A DNA stretch of 28,322 bases, from positions 1 through 28,322 of the IMG/VR virus record IMGVR_UViG_3300032216_001584; one strand, written 5' to 3'. The DNA is from a virus (Duplodnaviria > Caudoviricetes). Position 1 is the stretch's first letter. Each line of letters starts with the position of its first letter. Positions 28,295 to 28,322 of the stretch are shown here, piece after piece. Position numbers and translations under genes: made by a program. The notes under the pieces are model-generated. The model was not told the origin of the DNA. It searched no databases and worked only from the letters and a program-made list of their open reading frames with translations.

Positions 28295-28322
28295 GCAATA
28301 ATTTTATTTCAAGAGAAAGATC

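Noticed and set aside
1-28322. Stop-codon reassignment (TAG or TGA) as in some crAss-like phages
   Set aside because: Long genes are intact under code 11, TGA is used as a stop in ATGA overlaps, and the breaks in the muzzle region are TAA.
1-28322. CRISPR array, tRNA or DGR template/variable repeat pair
   Set aside because: None was seen by eye, and there is no reverse transcriptase in the window. A computational scan was not possible.
28266-28322. Possible 3' end of an upstream minus-strand gene (..DLSLEIKLLHGQTKIDAS*)
   Set aside because: Only 18 codons are visible, too little to support a call.

Overview
This window is the virion-morphogenesis module of a crAss-like (Crassvirales-type) phage, probably infecting a Bacteroidota host. 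All supported genes are on the minus strand and use the standard genetic code. In transcription order (right to left): HU/IHF-like protein, Cys-rich protein, small ORFs, putative TerS, TerL, portal, acidic scaffold-like protein, major capsid protein, then three conserved post-capsid genes (gene-75-like protein, ring protein, auxiliary capsid protein). These are followed by tail fibre/spike genes (one with a CE6/SASA esterase and LamG-like domains), a metallophosphoesterase, a ring protein, a second IHF-like protein, a tail tubular protein, the tail stabilization/muzzle protein, and a truncated cargo-like protein with a lytic transglycosylase domain. Family assignments come from motifs and synteny recognised by eye, not from database searches. 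The most unusual points are: (1) the muzzle appears split over in-frame ORFs around an inserted small-domain gene; (2) a ~165-nt multi-hairpin structured RNA candidate follows the capsid gene; (3) two variant Bacteroidota-type promoters and a shared leader motif; (4) mucin-like Ser/Thr tracts and Cys clusters recur across structural proteins; (5) three ORFs are missing from the supplied track.
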